In this document: positions 1 through 6,197 of the stretch, piece after piece
How the letters are laid out: every line of letters begins with the position of its first letter
How positions within the stretch are numbered: the stretch's first letter is position 1
From: Candidatus Bathyarchaeia archaeon
GTDB lineage: Archaea > Thermoproteota > Bathyarchaeia > Bathyarchaeales > Bathycorpusculaceae
Length of the DNA: 15,193 nt
Assembly: GCA_037481775.1 (NCBI GenBank)
Contig: JBBFKZ010000029.1
Location: forward strand, 1 to 15,193
Direction: 5' to 3'
Translations under genes and position numbers: made by a program
The notes under the pieces: model-generated
Seen by the model: only the letters and a program-made list of their open reading frames with translations
What the model was told of the DNA's origin: nothing
Databases searched by the model: none

Positions 1-243
1 CAGCGCGCTGTCGCTGAAGAAATCGCCAAATTTCAGGAAGTACAGGAAGTGCACATAATCACGGGCGACTGGGATTTACTAATAAAGCTTAGAGCTGAAA
101 GTGTAGAGGCTGTTGGAAAATTCGTAGTAGATAAGCTGCGGCTCATCAAAGGTTTAGAGAAAACGCTGACATGCATGGTTTTCGAAACCGTAAAAGAAAC
201 AACAAAAGTACCGCTACCACTGAAAAAAGCAGATAAGCATTAA
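1..243 (+). CDS. Lrp/AsnC family transcriptional regulator, C-terminal (RAM) domain; 5' truncated by window edge
   Basis: Frame 1 is open from base 1: QRAVAEEIAKFQEVQEVHIITGDWDLLIKLRAESVEAVGKFVVDKLRLIKGLEKTLT, which matches the AsnC ligand-binding pattern (EV..v..vTG.yD.l.k). Stop TAA at 241-243. Confidence 0.9.
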   Translation, partial: QRAVAEEIAKFQEVQEVHIITGDWDLLIKLRAESVEAVGKFVVDKLRLIKGLEKTLTCMVFETVKETTKVPLPLKKADKH

Positions 244-255
244 AAAAATAAAAAG
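242..255 (-). terminator. T-rich terminator for the HxlR gene (between convergent genes)
   Basis: The minus strand reads CTTTTTATTTTTTT just after the HxlR stop, a typical archaeal oligo-U terminator. Confidence 0.45.
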
Positions 256-268
256 CATAATTTACCGT

Positions 269-706
269 TTAGGTGGCGCTGGCGTAGTACAACAGAGGCA
301 GAGCAAGAAGCACAGTATTCCTTCCCTTTTCAGTTAGCGCATACTCTACTCTCAGAGGCGGACCCGCGTCAACAGAGCGAGCTATATAGCCATAATCCTT
401 AAGCAGTTTAAGCTTGTCAGATAAGGTGCGCGAATTTATACCGAGAGTTTTCTTAAATTCGCTGAAGCCAACTGTAATCTTAAAGAAAAGCGTGTAAAGA
501 ATTTCTAAATTCCATTTCTGGAAGAGTACGGTGAAGCTTTCCTCGAGGCTTTTCAGCTCTTCTTTCAATTCTTGCGGCGGCATTTTTTGCTTTTCAAATA
601 TTTGAGTAAGCGTTTCTTCTATGCCCTTAAGCGTTTGCTCAAGCCGGGCTTCTATGAGCTTGCGGAATTCAGCGGTAAGCGGCAACTCTGCACTCACGCC
701 TTTCAT
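269..706 (-). CDS. HxlR (MarR/DUF24) family winged-helix transcriptional regulator
   Basis: KWNLEILYTL...FSEFKKTLGINSRTLSDKLKLL..G.I.R.....PPLRVEYALTEKGR is the HxlR signature. Confidence 0.9.
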   Translation of the reverse strand: MKGVSAELPLTAEFRKLIEARLEQTLKGIEETLTQIFEKQKMPPQELKEELKSLEESFTVLFQKWNLEILYTLFFKITVGFSEFKKTLGINSRTLSDKLKLLKDYGYIARSVDAGPPLRVEYALTEKGRNTVLLALPLLYYASAT

Positions 707-712
707 ACTTGG

Positions 713-782
713 TGTGCAATGGCTTACTTCATAGTTTATAAGGATTTACTTATACAACAAGATATACAAAATACATTGCACA
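713..782. promoter_or_regulatory. Divergent promoter region (HxlR / ferredoxin-GGR) bracketed by a 9-bp inverted repeat
   Basis: TGTGCAATG (713-721) and CATTGCACA (774-782) are perfect reverse complements. The AT-rich spacer contains TTTATAA. Confidence 0.5.
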
Positions 783-800
783 TTAACGGTTGATGAAGCC

Positions 801-977
801 ATGTCTTGGAGCATAAATAATAATCGATGTCTCAGATGCGGCGGCTGTATCTCAGTCTGCCCAACTGCGGCATTAGAATTAAGAGACACCATAATTCATG
901 ATGTAGCTTTATGCACGTTATGCGGCTTATGCGAAAAAGCCTGTCCAGTGGAAGCCATAAAGGTGATGAAACAATGA
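801..977 (+). CDS. 2x[4Fe-4S] ferredoxin (58 aa), not in ORF track
   Basis: Manual translation gives MSWSINNNRCLRCGGCISVCPTAALELRDTIIHDVALCTLCGLCEKACPVEAIKVMKQ*, with two CxxCxxCxxxCP motifs. The TGA stop overlaps the GGR ATG (ATGA at 974-977). Confidence 0.95.
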   Translation: MSWSINNNRCLRCGGCISVCPTAALELRDTIIHDVALCTLCGLCEKACPVEAIKVMKQ

Positions 978-2137
978 ACGATGTCATAATAATCGGTGCT
1001 GGACCAGCAGGTACTGCTTGCGCGAGGAAGCTAGCTGAAAACGGCTTTTCAGTTAAAGTGTTTGACAAAAGAGCGGAAATTGGTGCGCCAAAACGCTGTG
1101 GTGAAGGCTTAAGTGAATCCTCGCAACGCTTAGTGGGAAAAATCCCTGACAAATGCATCGCGCAGAAAATTAGAGGCGCCCGGCTTTACGCGCCTGACGG
1201 CAGATACTTAGACGCCATATTATCTGAAGGTGGCTTTGTGCTTGAGCGGAAGGTGTTTGACAAGTGGCTTGCTGAAGAAGCAGTTAAAGCAGGCGCTACA
1301 GTGCAGGCTAACACGTTTATTTCGGATCTAATAAAGGATTCACGGGGCTATTTTATCGGCGTTAAAGGCGAATTTTTAGGCAACGTCTTCGAAGAGAAAG
1401 CTAAAGTTATCGTTTGCGCTACTGGCGCCGAGTCGCCTTTGCGGACTAAGGCGTTAGGTGTGTTTTCAAAAGTAACTCTCGTGGATTCCTGCATACAGTA
1501 TGAGATGGCGAACGTAGATGTTGTTCCAGATCTTATTCACATTTACCTATCAAGTGTGCTGGCGCCCAGAGGCTACGTCTGGGTTTTCCCGAAAGGTGAG
1601 CATAGAGCAAACGTAGGTGTTGGTATTATCCCCCAAGAGAAGAGGCCGAAGGCTTACATGGATGAGTTTCTAAAGCTGCATCCGGAAATAAGCAAAGGAT
1701 CCATTTTAGAAGTTAATGCCGGCTGCGTTCCCGTGGGCGGAATGGTAGAAGACATGGTTGCTAACGGTTTTGTGCTCTGCGGAGAAGCGGCAAACCATGT
1801 TAATCCAATTCACGGCGGGGGCATCAAAGAAGCAGTCATATCTGGACAGATGGCTGCTGACGTCATCGCTGAATGCTTGAAAAAAAATGACGTCTCAAAA
1901 AGTGCGTTGGCAAAGTTTAATGCGCTTTGGTGGAAAGAAAGAGGCGATCACCTGAAAAAGGTGGAAAAACTGAGAGAAACCTTGGAAAAGCTGTCTGACG
2001 CTGACTTGAATGATCTAGTTGACGCGCTTAAACCCGAGGACATAATTGATTTCACAAGAGGCGCTAAGCTCTCTGTCCTGGCGAAGGTGCTGATGCGAAA
2101 ACCACGGCTGGTAAGCATAGCAAGACACCTCTTGTAA
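974..2137 (+). CDS. Digeranylgeranylglycerophospholipid reductase (archaeal geranylgeranyl reductase, FAD-dependent)
   Basis: Motifs: DVIIIGAGPAG (FAD), PKRCGEGLS (active-site Cys), APRGYVWVFPKG (PxxYxWxFP) and NPIHGGGI. The true start is ATG 974, with RBS AGGTGAT at 961-967, not 911. Confidence 0.92.
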   Translation: MNDVIIIGAGPAGTACARKLAENGFSVKVFDKRAEIGAPKRCGEGLSESSQRLVGKIPDKCIAQKIRGARLYAPDGRYLDAILSEGGFVLERKVFDKWLAEEAVKAGATVQANTFISDLIKDSRGYFIGVKGEFLGNVFEEKAKVIVCATGAESPLRTKALGVFSKVTLVDSCIQYEMANVDVVPDLIHIYLSSVLAPRGYVWVFPKGEHRANVGVGIIPQEKRPKAYMDEFLKLHPEISKGSILEVNAGCVPVGGMVEDMVANGFVLCGEAANHVNPIHGGGIKEAVISGQMAADVIAECLKKNDVSKSALAKFNALWWKERGDHLKKVEKLRETLEKLSDADLNDLVDALKPEDIIDFTRGAKLSVLAKVLMRKPRLVSIARHLL

Positions 2138-2186
2138 TTTCGTTGTGTTTGCTTCCTTTTTTATTTCAAAATGTAAAAATAGCAGG

Positions 2187-3449
2187 TTATTCGTGAAGCA
2201 GTTTAAGTGTACGCAGTAGCTTCTTAAATTCCTCTTCCTTCAGCGAAGATCGCCGACCATTTGCATATATTTCCTTAACTTTTGCAACTACAGTCATTAA
2301 TTCGTCATCAGTTGGCGTTTTTCCTGTGATTTCAATTATTTTATGCTTGATTATGCCTTTTCCCGATTGCTTTCCTATGGTTAAACGCCGCGTGTTTCCT
2401 ACAAGCTCAGGTGGATAAGGCTCATATGTCCATGGATTATTCAGGACGCCGTGTGTGTGAATCCCTGATTCATGTGCAAAACCGTAATCGCCAACAATCG
2501 CTTTGTTAGGTGGAACCACGTAGCCAGTTACTCTACCAATAAAATCTGCTGTTTCCTTAAGCTTGTAGGTTTTGCCTTCAAACTTTTTGACGCTATACTG
2601 GAGATAGAGGTTTAAGAGAACCTTTTCTGTTTCAGCGTTGCCTGCTCTTTCGCCTATTCCAAGGAATGTGGTGCTTGCGTAAACTTTGTCCCATAAGCCG
2701 GACGCTGCGCGAATCGCTGCCATCGTGTTCTCCACGGCATTGCCAAAGTCATCGTGAGCGTGAATTTCGATGGCGGGAATTTTGGTTTCTTTCTTAATTG
2801 CCTTTACTTTAGCGGGAATGCCATTAGGCAAAGGTGCATTGGGGTCTGAAAGTCCTATGCCCACTGTGTCGCAGATGCGGTAGCATTCGGCGCCAGCTTG
2901 CGCTACGGCGTTAATGAATTCTTTTTCAAAGTTCCAGTCGGCTCTTGTGCTGTCCTCGCCGTGGACAAAGGTTCGCAGCCCATGCGTCTTAGTCGCATAC
3001 TCTACCACTTCAACAACATTTGCCAACAGTTGCTCTCTCGACTTTTCAGGCCATTTCGCCTTGAAGTGTATGTCCGAGACTGGGTGTGAAATGCCTACTT
3101 CGTTGAAGCCGCATTCGATGGCGCTGTCAATGTCTTCCTTAACTGCGCGGCACCAGCCAGCCACTCTAAGGTCGAGGTTCATTTTTTGGATGAGTTTCGC
3201 GGCTTTCTTGTCAGGCTTCTGATAATGGAAAAGCTCGATCCGCTCCACGCCTATCTCGCTTAAAAGTTGCGCTATTCTTGCCGCATCTTTTGGTTTCACA
3301 GCTAAGCCTGGCATTTGAATGCCGTCGCGTAGTGTAGTGTCATCAAGTATGGGCTTGGTGTTTAGAGCCATTTTGAAATAGAAATCTTCTAACTTCATTT
3401 TTGCACAGCTCGGTTTTACTTCCCTTCTCTGGGCTGTTAAACGTTTCAA
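2187..3449 (-). CDS. DRE-TIM acyltransferase (homocitrate/isopropylmalate/Re-citrate synthase family), no C-terminal regulatory domain
   Basis: Motifs DTTLRDG, EDSTRAD, CDTVG, HAHDDFG, GIGERAGNA and FAHESGIH. The start is uncertain (TTG 3449, ATG 3398 or ATG 3371). Confidence 0.85.
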   Translation of the reverse strand: MKRLTAQRREVKPSCAKMKLEDFYFKMALNTKPILDDTTLRDGIQMPGLAVKPKDAARIAQLLSEIGVERIELFHYQKPDKKAAKLIQKMNLDLRVAGWCRAVKEDIDSAIECGFNEVGISHPVSDIHFKAKWPEKSREQLLANVVEVVEYATKTHGLRTFVHGEDSTRADWNFEKEFINAVAQAGAECYRICDTVGIGLSDPNAPLPNGIPAKVKAIKKETKIPAIEIHAHDDFGNAVENTMAAIRAASGLWDKVYASTTFLGIGERAGNAETEKVLLNLYLQYSVKKFEGKTYKLKETADFIGRVTGYVVPPNKAIVGDYGFAHESGIHTHGVLNNPWTYEPYPPELVGNTRRLTIGKQSGKGIIKHKIIEITGKTPTDDELMTVVAKVKEIYANGRRSSLKEEEFKKLLRTLKLLHE

Positions 3450-3584
3450 GATTTACGCAGCATAGTCATTGATAAACTTTTCTGTATCTTATTTGATAAT
3501 TTATTCAGGGGATAAGGCTGTGTTTAGTCATCTTATTTTTACTTATTTCAACAAAAAAGTTTACTTTTGAATAGGAGGTTGGCT

Positions 3585-3899
3585 TCAGAAAAATCTCTTT
3601 CGTAGCGCCTTAATAGTGCCTGAAACAGCCAAGACATGCAGCGCTGCCTCGTTACCCGCAACAGACGTGATCGACGCTATGGAGGCCCTAACTATATTTA
3701 ATGTTGCAAGAGCTGTTCGGATTACCGCCAATTTCTTCTCCAGATCATATTCAATAAGCGACACACTTGTCTGGCTTGCACCAACCTCACCATAAAGCTT
3801 AACCACCGCGCTCCAAATAGCGTCCATAAGCTCTTTCTGGCTGGGCACCACTTCCGAATCAACTTGCAAGACTAAGTAGCGCCGTTTAACCCGCTTCAA
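3585..3899 (-). CDS. rnp2: Ribonuclease P protein component 2 (Pop5/Rpp14)
   Basis: N-terminal KRRYL, LYGEVG, and C-terminal VLAVSGTIKALR. The TTG start overlaps the rnp3 stop. Confidence 0.92.
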   Translation of the reverse strand: MKRVKRRYLVLQVDSEVVPSQKELMDAIWSAVVKLYGEVGASQTSVSLIEYDLEKKLAVIRTALATLNIVRASIASITSVAGNEAALHVLAVSGTIKALRKRFF

Positions 3900-4630
3900 C
3901 AGTCCGTCCCTTCCTTTATTACACGTATTCCCTCCGCCACAAAATTGGGACTTAACTTTTCACGGTTACGCGTAACAATAGCCGCCGGCGCCTGGGCAAC
4001 CGCCATTAGTGCCGACGGCTCATCTAAACCGAAAAGAAACGCGAGCACAGCCATTTCCCGCGGTTTCCTAAGTAGTTTCTCCTCGGAGACGCCGCTTGAA
4101 ATCACAATTGGCACATGGAACTCCCGAGCCACTGCTACTTCTCGCCGTAAGCTTGAAAGAAGCCTAATCCTCGAAGGGCCCTCTAAGATAAGCAGCGGGC
4201 GGATGTCAATCTCTAATGCTGCCAAACTGCTGCTGGCTAATTCTGCTTCGGCCTCATCAAAGAATCTTTTTCTAAAATCCAAAGAAGAAAAATTCAGCAA
4301 GTCGACGCGCCGGTCCTTTGCGGCTTGCCGCGCTACTTGCTTATTCTCGCAGATGACGCAGATTACCTCAAATTTTCGCCTCAGCCGCCGCAGCATCCGT
4401 AAAAGGTCATTCGGTGTTTTCGGTCTTATGTCTACTCTTGAAGCAAAGTCCATCTTTACTTCGCTGCAAGCTACCTTCAACTGTGCAATTTCGTTATAGG
4501 GTGTTTCAGGCGGAAAAGGAACAGCAATTAAGTGATAACCAAATGACGCGGCTTTTGCTATCATTCTCAAGGTTGCGGCTTGATCTTTCACGTTTAAGCG
4601 CAGGTGCAAGTCCGCGAAGATTTTTCTCAT
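3896..4630 (-). CDS. rnp3: Ribonuclease P protein component 3 (Rpp30)
   Basis: FADLH, ARQAAKDRRVDLL, ALEID, VPIVISSG and LLRKPRE motifs; adjacent to rnp2. Confidence 0.92.
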   Translation of the reverse strand: MRKIFADLHLRLNVKDQAATLRMIAKAASFGYHLIAVPFPPETPYNEIAQLKVACSEVKMDFASRVDIRPKTPNDLLRMLRRLRRKFEVICVICENKQVARQAAKDRRVDLLNFSSLDFRKRFFDEAEAELASSSLAALEIDIRPLLILEGPSRIRLLSSLRREVAVAREFHVPIVISSGVSEEKLLRKPREMAVLAFLFGLDEPSALMAVAQAPAAIVTRNREKLSPNFVAEGIRVIKEGTDC

Positions 4631-5073
4631 GGAAGCACACCTGCGTCTCTACAGATCTCCATTATCTCGTTGGGCGTCTTGTTCCTAAAGTGAATCTTGA
4701 AGTGTATGGGATCGCTTGAAGAAAGCCTTAACTCGCCTTGATACGCGGATTGCTTGTTAAACCTCAAGTAAAGATTTTGCTTTTCCACATGTAACTCTAT
4801 CTCTTGAGCTAATTTCTCCTTATCCAGAGGGCTTAAGCCAGCGGCAATTTTCTCCAGCGCAATGTGCAGCTGCTGTCTATCTGACAACTTGGTTTCAAAA
4901 AGAATTATGGGGTTCTTATGATGCCCCATCAAGCTTGTTTTTTGAAAAAACGCGTTTTCGCCCAGCTCTTTGGGCAGCGTATTCCGCATTGCTGTCAGAA
5001 CCTTCTCTGGATCTTCAGTAGCATGAGCAAAGGCTCGCACAGTTATGTAGCCTATCGGAAACTTAGAATGCAC
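4627..5073 (-). CDS. Predicted RNA-binding protein (DUF54/COG1325-type) of the exosome/RNase P superoperon
   Basis: HATEDPEKV, GHHKNPI and LYLRFNKQSAYQGEL motifs, in the conserved position upstream of rnp3. GTG start. Confidence 0.85.
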   Translation of the reverse strand: MHSKFPIGYITVRAFAHATEDPEKVLTAMRNTLPKELGENAFFQKTSLMGHHKNPIILFETKLSDRQQLHIALEKIAAGLSPLDKEKLAQEIELHVEKQNLYLRFNKQSAYQGELRLSSSDPIHFKIHFRNKTPNEIMEICRDAGVLP

Positions 5074-5103
5074 AATGGGGCACCGCTTCTTTTTAGGGCG
5101 GTT

Positions 5104-5367
5104 TTAGCTTTTAGCCTTTTTCTTTAACTGCGACTGCGTGGCAAGTTTAGCTTTTGGTTTAGCTTCTGCTTTCTTCTTTTCCACGTAAGCCATTAAACTA
5201 TTGATATTTTGCTCATGTGCAGTTTTTCTTCGTTTATCAACAGGTATTTCCAGCTTTCTCGCTTCAACTATGTTTAAGCCAGCTTTCTTAAGTTCTTCGA
5301 GGCTGAAGCCTCTGCCGCTTCGCTGCTTCCCATCAGGTTTGAGAATTTGGGGTTTTATATGGTGCAT
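5104..5367 (-). CDS. rpl13e: 50S ribosomal protein L13e (short archaeal form)
   Basis: RSGRGFSLEELKKAGL...ARKLEIPVDKRRKT.HEQNI is the eL13 core. Confidence 0.93.
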   Translation of the reverse strand: MHHIKPQILKPDGKQRSGRGFSLEELKKAGLNIVEARKLEIPVDKRRKTAHEQNINSLMAYVEKKKAEAKPKAKLATQSQLKKKAKS

Positions 5368-5369
5368 TT

Positions 5370-5951
5370 TTACTGCTCACCTTTGGCTCCTTTGCGCTTG
5401 CTTGGTCTAACCTTCTCGGCGCCCTTACCTTTTCTGCGCAAGCTTCGAACCTTTTTGCCGGCACTTGTTAAAGCACGGAAAACGCGGCGCTTGTGCTGCT
5501 TCTCAATTATCCAGTTCACGTCTTTGTCAGCTTTTATCGCAGAATGATTCGGGTCTACAAGAACTACTTCAAACCATTTGGAGCGGCCGTCCTCGCCAAC
5601 CCAGTAGCTATTCAGCACTTCCAAGTTTGGAAACTTGCGGGCTGCGCGTTCTTCAGCAATCAGACGTAAGCTTTTGGCAGGTTTAAACTTGGCGACACCC
5701 ATACGCTTCGGCCGACGCCCAGATCTGGGGCGCTGCTTTCGTAATCCGCCTCTTCTAACGCGCGCACGAACTACAACGAAGCCTTGTTTGGCTTTGTATC
5801 CAAGTTTTCGTGCTCGATCAAGGCGTGTGGGCTTTTCTATGCGCACAATAGTAGGCTGCTTTCGCCATTCAACCAGCCTCTGCTGCATAATCTCGTCCAC
5901 AAAAGATTTCTCTGGCTTAGACCACGCTTCAGCTATGTACTTGTATGCCAT
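5370..5951 (-). CDS. rpl15e: 50S ribosomal protein L15e
   Basis: [31 protein letters not shown] and LTSAGKK motifs. RBS GAGGTGA lies upstream. Confidence 0.98.
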   Translation of the reverse strand: MAYKYIAEAWSKPEKSFVDEIMQQRLVEWRKQPTIVRIEKPTRLDRARKLGYKAKQGFVVVRARVRRGGLRKQRPRSGRRPKRMGVAKFKPAKSLRLIAEERAARKFPNLEVLNSYWVGEDGRSKWFEVVLVDPNHSAIKADKDVNWIIEKQHKRRVFRALTSAGKKVRSLRRKGKGAEKVRPSKRKGAKGEQ

Positions 5952-6040
5952 CTTTAATTTTCACCTCACATCTTCTGTTTACGGTTCAGCCCAGTTTGGG
6001 CTACATCCCAGCGGACACAGATGATCCGCCTACGTTTCGG
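5952..6040 (-). promoter_or_regulatory. Structured 5' leader of rpl15e operon (candidate ribosomal-protein leader)
   Basis: Hairpins GCGGA-N9-UCCGC (6029-6011) and AGCCC-AAACU-GGGCU (6002-5988) lie between a BRE/TATA-like GAAAGGTTTATTTT (~6074-6061) and the RBS. Confidence 0.55.
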
Positions 6041-6130
6041 AATGTTACTTCCATAGTTAAAAATAAACCTTTCCAGAATCAGTTAATAAGTTAATTGTAT
6101 GCTTGAGTTGTTTGAACAGAATTTAGCAGC

Positions 6131-6187
6131 ATAAAAACAAAAAAAGGCACCATAGTTTTTGCTGGCTTAAACAGAAAAATAAAGAGA
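6131..6187 (-). terminator. Oligo-T terminator region downstream of EF-2
   Basis: The minus strand has CTTTATTTTTCTG and CCTTTTTTTGTTTTT tracts after the EF-2 stop. Confidence 0.5.
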
Positions 6188-6197
6188 AATGAGGGGG

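Noticed and set aside
911-973. N-terminal extension of GGR in the ORF track
   Set aside because: It overlaps the ferredoxin in another frame; the RBS and family N-terminus support ATG 974.
3945-4499. 184-aa antisense ORF and the other antisense ORFs over HxlR, GGR, the DRE-TIM gene, rpl genes, fusA, the ATPase and herA
   Set aside because: They lie opposite well-supported genes and have no motifs of their own.
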